Of a stretch of DNA of 64,000 bases, positions 1 to 9,889 are shown one piece after another; position 1 is the stretch's first letter; every line of letters begins with the position of its first letter. The notes under the pieces are model-generated. The model had not been told where the DNA came from, did no database searches, and was given only the letters and a program-made list of their open reading frames with translations. The stretch is from Actinomycetes bacterium (GTDB lineage Bacteria; Actinomycetota; Acidimicrobiia; Acidimicrobiales; Ilumatobacteraceae), in assembly GCA_027491335.1 (NCBI GenBank), contig JAIXWJ010000008.1, positions 54,597 to 118,596 on the forward strand, written 5' to 3'. Made by a program: the position numbers and the translations under genes.

Positions 1-2153
1 TTCTGGCCGTGGTCGCGCTCATGTCGCTGTGGGGGGTGTTCGAAGGCACCCGATTGCGGGGGGATCTGGGGGCATCCTTGGGCTACGTGGCGAACTGGCG
101 TTTCGCCACCGCGGAGTCCACCTACGCCGAACTCTTCACGTCGACACCGTCGCCCGTGATCCATTTCTGGAGTTTGGCGATCGAGGAGCAGTTCTACTTG
201 ATCTTCCCCGTTCTCTTCGTCGCGTTGTCGAAGAAGCGCGCGTTGTTGGTGCCGGGATTGTTGGCGTTGACCATCGCCAGCGTGGTGGCGTCGTTGCTCA
301 CCGAATCCCGAAACCTCGGCTACTACGGCACCCACGTGCGGGCCGCCGAGTTGCTGATCGGTTGCTTGCTCGCGGTGATCACCGCGCGCCGCGCCTCGAC
401 ATCATCGGGATCGCCGTTGATGTCGATCGTCGGTGGGTCGGCGGTCGTCGCTTTGCTGGCGGCGATGGTGGTGGTGTCGCCGTCGGATGCGTGGCTGTAT
501 CGGGGTGGATTGGCGGCGGTCGCCTTGGTTTCGGCCGCGGTCGTGCATGGGGTGTCCCGGGGTGGTCCGATCGCATGGTTGTTCGCCCGTGGGCCGATGG
601 TGTCGTTGGGTCGGGCCAGCTACTCCATCTATCTCGTTCATTGGCCCGTGATCGTGGCGATGACACCGGATCGCATGGGTTTCGACGGGTGGCCGCTCGA
701 CGTGGCGCGGATCGTCGCGAGCGTCTCTCTCGGATTCGTCTCGTACGGCCTCATCGAGAACCCGGTGCGAACACGACGTGTCCTGAAACGAACCGCGGTG
801 GGCGCCACGGCGCTGGTGGTGTCGATGGCGGGCGTGGCGACGTTGACGGTCCTCGTCGATGCTCCGCGTTCGATGGTTCTCGCCGGTCTCGATGCTCCCG
901 ATGAAGTGGTCGACTTCGCGGTCGAGGATTCCGCCAACCCGTCCAACGGGTCGACGATCGCACCGGTTTCCGCGCCGGTCGCACGGCCCCGAGTGCTGGT
1001 GGTCGGATCGCAGTTGCGAACGGGAGTCGACATCTCGCGATCGAACGTGGTCGTCGACGTCGTGGACGACAGCAGTCCCGGCTGCGCGTTTCGCGTCGAC
1101 TCGGTCGACGATTGCCCCACCGTTTCCGACGTCGCGACGAAGGCGTCCGCGAATGGGCCCGACGTGATCATCATCGGCGTGGGATTGATCGAACGACGAA
1201 TCGTTCGCGAGCGCGTGGAGGCCCTCGAATCCACGACTTCGGTCGATCCCGTGGCGATTCGGATCGTGGAAGCGGGCAAAGCGGTGGACGAGATGTTGCG
1301 GCCGTTCGCCGGTCTTCCCACGATCGTGGTGGACTACGGGAAACCGGACGCGTTCCGAGGCGCATTGGAGGATTTCGATCTGCGTTCGGACTCGACCGTG
1401 ATGGTGGTCGGCGGGAATCCGGATCGATTGGGTGAAGCGATCGAGGAAATCGTGTCCGATGCGCGCGCGGATCTGGCCCGGGTGATGGTGATCGGCGACT
1501 CGTCGTCGTTCGGCGTGGCGCAGGCATTGCACAACGTGGCCGCCGATCGATTCGAGGTGGTGTGGGCCGGCGGACGCAACTGTCCGCTGGTCGAAGTGGA
1601 GCGCATCCAATGGTGGCCCGACATGGACTTCGACATGGATTACTGCCCCACCTTCGACGGTGTGTGGCGCGACATGATCGCCGAGTTCGAACCGCACTTG
1701 GTTCTGGAGATCGCGTCGGTTCCCGAACAAGCGGCTCAGAGGTACCCGGGTGATCCGAATTGGTACACGATCATGGACGAGGAGTACGCGACTCGCCACG
1801 AGGACGTGATGGTCTCGTTGATGGAGGCCATCGATGCGGCGGGCGCCACGTTCGTGATGTTCGACAGCCCGTACGTGCACGGCGGCAGTCTCGGTGGGGC
1901 GGTCTTCGCCGACGATGCCCGCGTGGACGCGTGGAACGCGTTGATGGATTCGTGGGTGATGCGATGGCCCGCGATCAGGCAGTTGGAATGGTCGACCATC
2001 GTGGCCGAAGCCGAGGCGACGCCCGGAGAGTTGCGCGACGACGGTGTGCACATGGCCCAAGCCGATCTCGATCGAATCGTCGGCGAGAGTGTCGTTCCGC
2101 GGCTACTCGAGATCCTCGCCGAGCGCGAAATGAGCCTCGGCTCGGTGCCGTGA
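1..2153 (+). CDS. Acyltransferase family 3 (OafA/YrhL-like) membrane O-acyltransferase with C-terminal SGNH/GDSL-like domain; 5' end lies outside the window
   Basis: The frame of ORF 9..2153 stays open back to position 1. It has the FWSLAIEEQFYLIFP motif typical of acyltransferase_3 and several hydrophobic segments. A soluble C-terminal half carries VMVIGDSSSFG (GDS block). Confidence 0.8.
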   Translation, partial: LAVVALMSLWGVFEGTRLRGDLGASLGYVANWRFATAESTYAELFTSTPSPVIHFWSLAIEEQFYLIFPVLFVALSKKRALLVPGLLALTIASVVASLLTESRNLGYYGTHVRAAELLIGCLLAVITARRASTSSGSPLMSIVGGSAVVALLAAMVVVSPSDAWLYRGGLAAVALVSAAVVHGVSRGGPIAWLFARGPMVSLGRASYSIYLVHWPVIVAMTPDRMGFDGWPLDVARIVASVSLGFVSYGLIENPVRTRRVLKRTAVGATALVVSMAGVATLTVLVDAPRSMVLAGLDAPDEVVDFAVEDSANPSNGSTIAPVSAPVARPRVLVVGSQLRTGVDISRSNVVVDVVDDSSPGCAFRVDSVDDCPTVSDVATKASANGPDVIIIGVGLIERRIVRERVEALESTTSVDPVAIRIVEAGKAVDEMLRPFAGLPTIVVDYGKPDAFRGALEDFDLRSDSTVMVVGGNPDRLGEAIEEIVSDARADLARVMVIGDSSSFGVAQALHNVAADRFEVVWAGGRNCPLVEVERIQWWPDMDFDMDYCPTFDGVWRDMIAEFEPHLVLEIASVPEQAAQRYPGDPNWYTIMDEEYATRHEDVMVSLMEAIDAAGATFVMFDSPYVHGGSLGGAVFADDARVDAWNALMDSWVMRWPAIRQLEWSTIVAEAEATPGELRDDGVHMAQADLDRIVGESVVPRLLEILAEREMSLGSVP

Positions 2154-2166
2154 GTAATCTGACGAC

Positions 2167-2658
2167 GTGTCAGTTTCCGCCGCCGGGGGAGTCACCCGGG
2201 TCCCCGCCGTCGAGGGGTGGTTCACCCTCGGCGACGAACCTCATCTGATCGGTTGTCGTTGTGCCGCGTGTGGCACCTACGTCTTCCCGCCTCGCTCGGG
2301 AGCGTGTCCGAATCCGAACTGTGACAGCGAGGATCTGGTGCCGACGCCGTTGTCGCGAGTGGGCACGGTGTGGAGCTACACCGAGAATCAGTACGCACCG
2401 CCGCCGCCGTATCGCGCCGCGGAACCATTCGAGCCCTACGCGCTCGCCGCGGTGCAACTGGACGAGGAAGGCATCATCGTTCTCGGTCAGGTTCCCAAGG
2501 GGATCATGGCCGCCGATCTGAAGGTGGGCATGCCGATGCAACTCGAGACCGACGTGCTGTACCGCGAGGTGGTCGACGGTGTCGACACCGAGTTCATGGT
2601 CTACGTGTGGGCGCCCGCCGGTCCCACCGCCGCCAAGTCGATCGGGGGACGGTCATGA
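2167..2658 (+). CDS. DUF35 family zinc-ribbon/OB-fold protein (BbsA / ChsH2-DUF35-like thiolase partner)
   Basis: 163-aa ORF with the Cys knuckles CRCAACGTYVFPPRSGACPNPNC followed by an OB-like C-terminus. Its stop overlaps the next start (ATGA at 2655-2658). The GTG start lies 6 nt after TAATCT (2155-2160). Confidence 0.8.
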   Translation: MSVSAAGGVTRVPAVEGWFTLGDEPHLIGCRCAACGTYVFPPRSGACPNPNCDSEDLVPTPLSRVGTVWSYTENQYAPPPPYRAAEPFEPYALAAVQLDEEGIIVLGQVPKGIMAADLKVGMPMQLETDVLYREVVDGVDTEFMVYVWAPAGPTAAKSIGGRS

Positions 2659-3854
2659 GCGATCGCGATCTCGTGGTGCTCGGAGTGGGCATGCATCCGT
2701 GGGGCAAGTGGGGTCGCGACTTCACCGAATACGGAATGGTGGCCGCCCGCGCGGCACTGAAGGACGCCGGCATCGAATGGAAGGACGTCGAGTACGTCGC
2801 CGGGGCCGACACGATCCGCAACGGATACCCCGGCTTCATCGCCGGTTCCACCTTCGCCCAGAAGTTGGGTTGGACCGGCGCGAGCATCTCGTCGAACTAC
2901 GCGGCGTGTGCCAGTGGGGCCCACAGTTTGCAGGCCGCCCGCGCCTCGATTCTGGCCGGCTTCTGCGACGTGGCGATGGTCATCGGTGCCGACACCACGC
3001 CCAAGGGTTTCTTCGCGCCCGTCGGCGGAGAGCGCAAGACCGACCCCGACTGGTTGCGCTTCCATCTCCTGGGTGCCACCAATCCCGTGTACTTCGCCAT
3101 GTTCGCGCGTCGTCGCATGGATCTGTACGGAGCGACGTCGGAGGACTTCGCACAGGTGAAGGTGAAGAACTCGCGCCATGGCCTGAGCAATCCCTACGCC
3201 CGATTCCGCAAGGAGAACGCGATCGAGGACGTGTTGAACAGCCCGATCGTCAGCGATCCGTTGCGACTGCTCGACATCTGCGCCACCTCCGACGGAGCGG
3301 CCGCCATGATCGTCACCAGTCGTGCATTCGCCGAGAAGAAGTTGGGTTCGTTGAAGGGCGTTCCGCGTATTCGTGCGGTGAGCACGGTGACCCCCACGTA
3401 CCCGCAGACGATTCTGGAGTTGCCCGACTTCGCCACGGACTCCACGGCGGTCGTCGCACCGCCCGCACGAGGTTTCAAGGAATCCCTGTGCTGGGCCGCG
3501 TACGAAGAAGCCGGAATGTCGCCGTCCGACATGAACATGGCCGAGGTGTACGACCTCTCCACGGCCCTGGAGTTGGACTGGTACGAGCACCTCGGACTGT
3601 GCGCGCCTGGTGAAGCCGAAGGATTGCTGCGTTCCGGTGCCACCACCATCGGTGGCCGTGTGCCCGTGAACCCGAGCGGTGGATTGTCCTGCTTCGGCGA
3701 GGCCATTCCCGCCCAAGCCATCGCCCAGGTGTGCGAACTCACGTGGCAGTTGCGCGGACAGGCCCAAGGTCGACAAGTCGAGGGCGCCAAGGCCGGCATC
3801 ACCGCCAACCAAGGCCTGTTCGGCAACGGCTCCTCGGTCATCGTCTCCGTCTGA
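2655..3854 (+). CDS. Thiolase-like protein of the SCP-x / nonspecific lipid-transfer type
   Basis: Uses the internal ATG of ORF 2370..3854 (MSDRDLVVLGVGMHPWGKW...), translationally coupled to the DUF35 ORF. Carries NYAACASGAH (nucleophile Cys region) and a C-terminal GNGSSVIV. The upstream part of the long ORF is Arg-rich junk overlapping the DUF35 gene. Confidence 0.85.
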   Translation: MSDRDLVVLGVGMHPWGKWGRDFTEYGMVAARAALKDAGIEWKDVEYVAGADTIRNGYPGFIAGSTFAQKLGWTGASISSNYAACASGAHSLQAARASILAGFCDVAMVIGADTTPKGFFAPVGGERKTDPDWLRFHLLGATNPVYFAMFARRRMDLYGATSEDFAQVKVKNSRHGLSNPYARFRKENAIEDVLNSPIVSDPLRLLDICATSDGAAAMIVTSRAFAEKKLGSLKGVPRIRAVSTVTPTYPQTILELPDFATDSTAVVAPPARGFKESLCWAAYEEAGMSPSDMNMAEVYDLSTALELDWYEHLGLCAPGEAEGLLRSGATTIGGRVPVNPSGGLSCFGEAIPAQAIAQVCELTWQLRGQAQGRQVEGAKAGITANQGLFGNGSSVIVSV

Positions 3855-3904
3855 CATTGTCTCCGGCTGACATCGTCTTTTCTGGCAACGTCTTCGTCTG
3901 AAAT
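3843..3904. repeat. Three direct copies of a 15-nt motif GTCTCCGKCTGACAT upstream of the thiolase gene
   Basis: Copies at 3843-3857 (GTCTCCGTCTGACAT), 3859-3873 (GTCTCCGGCTGACAT) and 3890-3904 (GTCTTCGTCTGAAAT; 13 of 15 match). The first copy overlaps the stop codon of the preceding gene. Confidence 0.6.
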
Positions 3905-3926
3905 CACTCACGGATAGGGTTCACTC

Positions 3927-5087
3927 ATGTCTTCCAACACTCCCGTCGCGTACATCGTCGATGCCGTCCGCACTCCGGTTGGTCGTCGCGGTGGCGGATT
4001 GTCCACCGTTCACCCGGCCGACCTCGGTGCGCACAGCATCAAGGCGCTCATGAATCGCACCGGTGTCGATCCCAACGCCATCGACGACGTGGTCTTCGGC
4101 AACGTGGATTCGGTCGGCCCGCAGGCCGGTTGCATCGCTCGCACGTGTTGGTTGACCGCCGGACTGCCCGAGCACGTGCCCGGCACCACCATTGATCGTC
4201 AGTGCGGTTCGGCTCAGCAGGCGGTGCACTTCGCCGCGCAAGCCGTGATGAGTGGAACCATGGATCTGGTCGTGGCCGGTGGCGTTCAGAACATGAGCAT
4301 GATCCCGATCTCGTCGGCCATGACCGCCGGTCAGGCTCTCGGATTCGACGATCCGTTCACCGGTTCGCCGGGCTGGACCACGCGCTACGGCAACGGCGAG
4401 GTCAGCCAGTTCGTCGGCGCCGAGATGATGGTCGCGAAGTGGAACCTGTCGCGCGAGGAGATGGAGGAGTTCGCGGTGGAGTCGCACCTGCGCGCCATCA
4501 AGGCTCGCGCCGAGGGTCGCTTCGAGGCCGAGATCGAACCCCTGAATGGTGTGCAGCACGACGAAGGTCCGCGCGAACCGAACTGGGACAAGATTCGTTC
4601 GTTGTCCACGCTCACTCCCGATGGGCGTCTCACCGCGGCCTGTGCCAGCCAGATCTCCGATGGCTCGGCGGCGTTGTTGATCGCCAACGAAGCGGCCGTG
4701 AAGGCTCACGGGCTGACGCCCCGCGCGCGCATCCATCACATGAGCGTGTTGGCCGACGACCCGATCATGATGTTGTCGGCGCCGATCCCGGCGACCAAGC
4801 GCGCACTGGCCAAGACCGGTATGTCCATCGACGACATCGATCTGGTGGAGATCAACGAGGCGTTCGCTCCGGTCGTGATGGCGTGGATGCGCGAGACCGG
4901 ATTCGATCGCGCCAAGGTGAACGTGAACGGTGGAGCGATCGCGCTCGGTCACCCGCTCGGCGCCACCGGCGCGCGACTCATGACGACCTTGCTGCACGAA
5001 CTCGAGCGCACCGGCGGCCGTTACGGTCTGCAGACGATGTGCGAGGGTGGCGGCCAGGCCAACGTCACCATCATCGAACGCCTCTGA
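3927..5087 (+). CDS. Acetyl-CoA C-acetyl/acyltransferase (thiolase II family)
   Basis: 386 aa. Motifs: AYIVDAVRTPVGRRGG, DRQCGSAQQAV, EINEAFAPV, NVNGGAIALGHPLGATG, MCEGGGQANV. The ATG lies 6 nt after TAGGGT (3915-3920). Confidence 0.92.
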   Translation: MSSNTPVAYIVDAVRTPVGRRGGGLSTVHPADLGAHSIKALMNRTGVDPNAIDDVVFGNVDSVGPQAGCIARTCWLTAGLPEHVPGTTIDRQCGSAQQAVHFAAQAVMSGTMDLVVAGGVQNMSMIPISSAMTAGQALGFDDPFTGSPGWTTRYGNGEVSQFVGAEMMVAKWNLSREEMEEFAVESHLRAIKARAEGRFEAEIEPLNGVQHDEGPREPNWDKIRSLSTLTPDGRLTAACASQISDGSAALLIANEAAVKAHGLTPRARIHHMSVLADDPIMMLSAPIPATKRALAKTGMSIDDIDLVEINEAFAPVVMAWMRETGFDRAKVNVNGGAIALGHPLGATGARLMTTLLHELERTGGRYGLQTMCEGGGQANVTIIERL

Positions 5088-5109
5088 TTGCCCATCCCGG
5101 CACGACGAG

Positions 5110-6540
5110 TCAGCTGTCGAAGCCGAGGCCCAGTCGGTCCATGGTCTTCAACCACATGTTGCGCTTGCCCGTCTTGTCCTCGCGATCGAGGCTCCAGCGG
5201 GTGGCTTGAACGCCGAAGAACTTGAACGGCTCGGGCGGGAACGGAAGGGGCTTCTCCTTCACGAAGCGCGTCTCGGTGGCTCGTGATCGACGACCGTCGA
5301 TGAGGTCCAGCATCACCTCGGCACCGAAACGCGACGACGCCACGCCGAGACCCGTGTAGCCGACGGCGTAACCCACGCGACCGTTCATGGCTCGACCCCA
5401 GAACACGCAGAAGCGCGAGCAGGTGTCGATGGCACCACCCCACATGTGGGAGAACTTCACGTCGTCCAGTTGCGGGAACGTGCGGAAGAAGTGGGTGCTC
5501 AGTCGGGCCCAACTCTCGGGTCGGCTCTCGAGTTCGGAGTTCATCCGACCGCGGAAGTAGTAGATGGCGTCGTAGCCGCCCCAGAGGATGCGGTTGTCCT
5601 CGGTGAGTCGGTAGTAGTGGAACTGGTTCGGAATGTCGCTCAATCCCTGACGGTTCTTCCAGCCGATGCGCGCCAACTGCTCGTCGGTGAGAGGTTCGGT
5701 GACCATGCAATAGTCGTAGACCGGGATGATGTAATTGTTCAGGCGCTTGAGCAGTGGCTTGAACGCGTTGGTGGCCAGGGCCACCTTGCCGGCGCGCACG
5801 CGTCCCAGCGGTGTCTCCACCAGAACGCCCACGCCATCGCGTTCGATGGCGGTGGCCTTGGTGTCCTCGTAGATGCGGACGCCCAGGAACTCGGCGGCGG
5901 CCTTCAATCCCCAGACCAAACGAGCGGGGTCGACGATGGCGGCCAGGTCGTGGCGCCACAAGCCACCGGTGTACGTGGGCGAGTTCACCTGTGCGCGCAT
6001 CTGTTCGGCGTCGAGCCACGTGACCTTCTGGCCGAGCTGGCGCAGTTGCAGATAGTCCTCGCGCAGTTCGTTGGTGTAGCCCGCGGGATGCAGGTCGGAG
6101 GCCACGTCGATGACCCCGGTGCGTTCGTAGTCGCAATCGATGTTGTACCGCTTGATGGCCTTCTCGATCTCGTTCAGATTGTCGATGCCGAGTTCCTCGA
6201 GAAGCGGGAGCTCGTCACCGAATCGAGCCTGACCGTTGGCCACGCCGTGCGTGAGCGACGCCTCCATGAAACCGCCGTTGCGACCACTCGCGGCCGAACC
6301 GACCTCGTGGGCATCGATCAACACGACGTCGCGCGACGGGTCGCGCTCCTTGGCGATGATGGCGGTCCACAGACCGGTGTATCCACCGCCGACGATGCAG
6401 AGATCGCAGGTTTCGGTGCGGACAAGCGTCGGGTTCGCGAGAGGTTCGTCGGCGTCCTCGTACCAGTAGGGGTACGGGTCAGCGTCGGCGATCGCCTCGA
6501 GGCTCAACGGGTCGAACTCGGAGTCGCCCTGGATTGACAC
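5110..6540 (-). CDS. FAD-dependent oxidoreductase (DAO family, PuuB/OrdL-like)
   Basis: 476 aa with the dinucleotide-binding motif DLCIVGGGYTGLWTAI near the N-terminus. GTG start; the exact start is uncertain. Confidence 0.8.
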   Translation of the reverse strand: MSIQGDSEFDPLSLEAIADADPYPYWYEDADEPLANPTLVRTETCDLCIVGGGYTGLWTAIIAKERDPSRDVVLIDAHEVGSAASGRNGGFMEASLTHGVANGQARFGDELPLLEELGIDNLNEIEKAIKRYNIDCDYERTGVIDVASDLHPAGYTNELREDYLQLRQLGQKVTWLDAEQMRAQVNSPTYTGGLWRHDLAAIVDPARLVWGLKAAAEFLGVRIYEDTKATAIERDGVGVLVETPLGRVRAGKVALATNAFKPLLKRLNNYIIPVYDYCMVTEPLTDEQLARIGWKNRQGLSDIPNQFHYYRLTEDNRILWGGYDAIYYFRGRMNSELESRPESWARLSTHFFRTFPQLDDVKFSHMWGGAIDTCSRFCVFWGRAMNGRVGYAVGYTGLGVASSRFGAEVMLDLIDGRRSRATETRFVKEKPLPFPPEPFKFFGVQATRWSLDREDKTGKRNMWLKTMDRLGLGFDS

Positions 6541-6564
6541 AAAAAATCACCCTTTCGGATGATC
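6541..6564 (-). terminator. Possible intrinsic terminator after the PAP2 gene
   Basis: The minus strand reads ATCATCC-GAAA-GGGTGAT followed by TTTTTT. The stem is imperfect (one bulge) and overlaps the PAP2 stop codon. Confidence 0.35.
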
Positions 6565-7495
6565 ACGCTACATCAGGCTCCGAAGGGGACGGTGTCAAGA
6601 TCGCGGCGGATCGACGCTTCTCCCAGCGACCCCAGAACCAGAACGATCCACCGACGTACAGCCACCCGGCCACGATGTCGGTGACGTAGTGCTCGCCGAA
6701 ATACACCAGGGTGAGTCCCATCGCGAACGGAAACAGCAACGAGACCCCGCGCCACCACCGATTGGGCATTCGGTTCCAGAAGAACACCACCACGAACAAC
6801 GCGAACGCGGCGTGCAGCGAGGGAATGGCCGCGGTGGGGTTGGCCCACTGCTGACCCTTCAGCAGAACACTGTTGACCGTTTCGAGTCCGAGTTCGCTCC
6901 AGCCCCGTCCGGTGGGGCGCGAGAGAGGCTCCATGATTCGGTACGGGTACTTCTCGCTGGCCGCCATCCACGGTGGGGCGGTGGGCAACACGACGTAGGT
7001 GAGTACACCGGCGAACAACACCGTCGCGAAACGTCGGATGTAGCGCAACCATTCGTCGCGGAATCGAATCCAGAGATACACCGACGTGGCCACGGGAACG
7101 AAGAAGTGGGTGAAGTACACCAGCGAACCCAGCACGTCGTACCAACGAACCGACGCCTCGAGGAAGTGGTCCTGCATCCATGCGTTGGGATCGGTGCCGA
7201 GGAACAACGCGCGATCGATGTTGCGCGGAGCCTCCACTTGCAAGGGGAATCCGAAGGTGTCGGCGATACCACGGCTGTAGTCGTAGGACAGCCACATCGT
7301 GGCGTAGAAAACGAGGTCGACCACCATCTGGCGTTGCTTGGCGAACGGCTTGCCGATGTTGCCGACGAGGAACGCGCCGCCGACCCATCCCAGCACGGCC
7401 AATCGCGCGACGGGGATTCCGTTGGCTTGGAAGGACCAGACGAAGATCGTCCCGTACACGACGAGCGCGACGATACGAACGTTCTTCAGCGTCAT
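6563..7495 (-). CDS. PAP2 superfamily membrane phosphatase / phosphotransferase-like protein
   Basis: Uses the internal ATG (MTLKNVRIVALVVYG...) of ORF 6563..7804. Multi-pass membrane protein with the PAP2-type blocks SLHAAFALF and GEHYVTDIVAG. The upstream 103 codons are Pro/Arg/Thr-rich and look non-coding. Confidence 0.7.
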   Translation of the reverse strand: MTLKNVRIVALVVYGTIFVWSFQANGIPVARLAVLGWVGGAFLVGNIGKPFAKQRQMVVDLVFYATMWLSYDYSRGIADTFGFPLQVEAPRNIDRALFLGTDPNAWMQDHFLEASVRWYDVLGSLVYFTHFFVPVATSVYLWIRFRDEWLRYIRRFATVLFAGVLTYVVLPTAPPWMAASEKYPYRIMEPLSRPTGRGWSELGLETVNSVLLKGQQWANPTAAIPSLHAAFALFVVVFFWNRMPNRWWRGVSLLFPFAMGLTLVYFGEHYVTDIVAGWLYVGGSFWFWGRWEKRRSAAILTPSPSEPDVA

Positions 7496-7565
7496 GAATG
7501 CCAAGGTCTTGGGTGACGTTGTGGTGTTCGGCGGCGTTGTGGTGCGCGAGGCACCGCGCGTGGAA

Positions 7566-8390
7566 CTACTTGGTGGATTCTTCGAGCGCGCGACGAACGA
7601 GGACCTTGGCCAAGTGCGTGCGGTACTCCACGCTGGCGTTGTTGTCCTTCGACGGCGATGCCTCGGCGGCGGCCAGTGCGGCGGCGTCGGCGATGGACGC
7701 ACCATCGGCCAGGGCCTTGCTGACGCTGGTGGCCAACACCGGAGTCTGACCCATGTTGACGAGTGCCACGCCGGAACCGTTCGAGCCACGCCACGCGGCC
7801 ACACCGACGATGGCCCAGTCCTGGGCGCGACGGTTGAACTTCTGGAAGCTCCAGCCGGCGCCGTTCATCTTGGGAACGCGGACTTCGGTGATCATCTCGT
7901 CGGCGGCCAGGTCGGACTCGAGGAATCCCTTGTAGAAATCGGCGGCCTTGATCTCGCGGGTGCCATTGGGTCCCTGCACCACGTAGGTGGCGCCGAGGGC
8001 CAGGGTGGTGGCGGGCAGGTCCGATGCCGGGTCGGCGTGAGCAATGGTTCCACCGATGGTGCCGCGGTGACGCACCTGGGGATCGCCGACGTGGCCGGCG
8101 GCGTGCGCGAGCAACGGAGCGTGTTGGGCCAACACCGGTGAAGTCTCGACGTCCATGTGGCGCGTGAGGGCACCGATGGCGATGTGGTCGCCGGCGTCGC
8201 GGATGTACGACAGGTCCTTGACGCGCGCGATGTCGACCAGAACGGTCGGTTGCGCGAGCCGCAACTTCATCATGGGCAACAAGCTGTGTCCGCCGGCGAG
8301 GAACTTGGCCTCGTCGCCGTACTGACCGATGAGCGAAATGGCTTCGGCGGCCGAACCGGCGCGAACGTAATCGAAGGAAGCGGGAATCAT
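7566..8390 (-). CDS. Molybdenum hydroxylase (CO dehydrogenase / xanthine dehydrogenase family) FAD-binding medium subunit
   Basis: 274 aa. N-terminus MIPASFDYVRAGSAAEAISLI..AKFLAGGHSLLPMMKLR is typical of CoxM/CutM. Lies immediately downstream of the 2Fe-2S subunit gene. Confidence 0.87.
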   Translation of the reverse strand: MIPASFDYVRAGSAAEAISLIGQYGDEAKFLAGGHSLLPMMKLRLAQPTVLVDIARVKDLSYIRDAGDHIAIGALTRHMDVETSPVLAQHAPLLAHAAGHVGDPQVRHRGTIGGTIAHADPASDLPATTLALGATYVVQGPNGTREIKAADFYKGFLESDLAADEMITEVRVPKMNGAGWSFQKFNRRAQDWAIVGVAAWRGSNGSGVALVNMGQTPVLATSVSKALADGASIADAAALAAAEASPSKDNNASVEYRTHLAKVLVRRALEESTK

Positions 8391-8399
8391 GTCAGTGCC

Positions 8400-8858
8400 T
8401 CACTTACCGGCCGCGGCGAGCACGGACTTGACGATGTTGTGGTAGCCGGTGCAGCGGCACAGGTTGCCCTCGAGTCCGATACGGATCTCTTCCTCGGTGG
8501 GGTTGGGGTTCTCCTTGAGAAGGCTGGTGGCGGCCATGACCATGCCGGGGGTGCAGTAACCGCACTGCAGGCCGTGGTTCTCCATGAAGGCCTTCTGCAT
8601 CGGGTGCAGGGTTCCATCGGCGGCGGCCATGCCTTCGATGGTGGTGACGGCGGAACCGTCGGCCTGCACGGCCAACACGGTGCAACTCTTGACGGCCTCG
8701 CCATCGACGTGAACGCTGCACGCGCCGCACGACGACGTGTCGCAACCAACGTTGGTGCCGGTGAGCCCGAGGACCTCGCGGATGTAGTGGACCAACAACG
8801 TGCGCGGCTCGACGTCGCTCACGTGCTGCTTTCCGTTGACAGTGACGCGGATCTCCAC
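8400..8858 (-). CDS. Molybdenum hydroxylase (2Fe-2S)-binding small subunit
   Basis: 152 aa with two Fe-S Cys clusters ([12 protein letters not shown] and QCGYCTPGM...CRCTGY). GTG start preceded by AAGGGGG. Confidence 0.92.
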   Translation of the reverse strand: MEIRVTVNGKQHVSDVEPRTLLVHYIREVLGLTGTNVGCDTSSCGACSVHVDGEAVKSCTVLAVQADGSAVTTIEGMAAADGTLHPMQKAFMENHGLQCGYCTPGMVMAATSLLKENPNPTEEEIRIGLEGNLCRCTGYHNIVKSVLAAAGK

Positions 8859-8944
8859 GGTGTACCCCCTTGACGGCCGAAGTCGACGATGTCGCCGACT
8901 TGCATTCTGCCCGATCGGGGAACCTCCCCGCTCACCGGACGCTC

Positions 8945-9889
8945 CTACCGTAGACGCTGGATGACCTGCTCAGGAAGTGCCGGCAGACCGATGACCTGGG
9001 GTCCGTAAAGCGCCGCGGCGATGGCCTCGGCACCGTCCACCAGGCGGGGCCCGGGTCGCACCACCACCGCGTCGGCGTCGATCGCCCACACCGTGGCCCG
9101 AGTCGGTAGCCGATCCAGGATTCCACGGGCCTGTTCGACCGCACCGGCCAGGTCGTAGCCGCAGGGGGAGACGATCACGTGATCGGGGTCGACGGCCACG
9201 ATGGCCTCCCAATCGGTGGGAACCGACCGCCCGCCGGGGATGGCCAACACCGGATCGGCTCCGGCGGCGCTCACCACGTCGGGGACCCAATGACCACCCA
9301 CGAAGGGCGGATCCACCCACTCGAGCACGAACACCGTCGGTCGCGCACGATCCCCGCGGGCCGCATCGGTGGCGGCGGACAGATCGGCGAGGCGTTCGCG
9401 CAACGACGCCACCAGCGCCCGTCCGCGCTCGGGAACGCCAGCGGCATCGGCGACGGTCTGCACCGAATCGATCACTTGGTCGAGCGTTTGGGGATCGATC
9501 TGCAGCACCGTGGCCCGACAATTCAAACGTGCGACCGCTTCGTCCACGTCCCCGCTGGGCACCGCGCACACGCGGCAAAGATCCTGACTGAGGATCAAGT
9601 CGGGGTCGCAGCGGGACAACGCTTCGTCGTCGAGTCGGTACAACTCGTCACCGGCGGCCAGTCGCCGACGCACCAACTCGTCGATCTCGAGAGGAGTGAG
9701 GTGTTTGGTGTCCATGCCACCGACGACGATCTCGCGACCGACGCGCGCCGACGGCGGGTAGTTGCATTCGAACGTCACTCCGAGCAGATCGTCAGCGAGC
9801 CCCAGATCGAAGATGATCTCGGTCGTCGAGGGCAACAGGCTCACGATGCGCACGAGTGGACAGTAGGCGATCTGGCACGATGGGGGCAT
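8945..9889 (-). CDS. Periplasmic-binding-protein type 2 fold (BtuF/FhuD-like) protein with no evident signal peptide
   Basis: Internal start of ORF 8945..10150. [27 protein letters not shown] is the typical N-terminal strand-helix of cobalamin/siderophore binding proteins. The start codon is uncertain (ATG 9889 or a downstream GTG). Confidence 0.6.
   Translation of the reverse strand: MPPSCQIAYCPLVRIVSLLPSTTEIIFDLGLADDLLGVTFECNYPPSARVGREIVVGGMDTKHLTPLEIDELVRRRLAAGDELYRLDDEALSRCDPDLILSQDLCRVCAVPSGDVDEAVARLNCRATVLQIDPQTLDQVIDSVQTVADAAGVPERGRALVASLRERLADLSAATDAARGDRARPTVFVLEWVDPPFVGGHWVPDVVSAAGADPVLAIPGGRSVPTDWEAIVAVDPDHVIVSPCGYDLAGAVEQARGILDRLPTRATVWAIDADAVVVRPGPRLVDGAEAIAAALYGPQVIGLPALPEQVIQRLR

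Noticed and set aside
6563-7804. N-terminal extensions of the longest ORFs (PAP2 413 aa, binding protein 401 aa, permease 528 aa, rsmI 395 aa, rsmA 325 aa, nuclease 334 aa and others).
   Set aside because: The extensions are Arg/Pro/Ser-rich, overlap upstream genes, and precede internal starts that show ATGA/GTGA coupling, an SD or a -10-like hexamer. I therefore used the internal starts.
8390-8411. TGTCAGTG, resembling the PafBC/RecA-NDp upstream element, between the coxS-like and coxM-like genes.
   Set aside because: It is on the non-coding strand of a 9-bp intercistronic gap. No TANNNT lies 8 nt downstream (the sequence there is ACCGGC).
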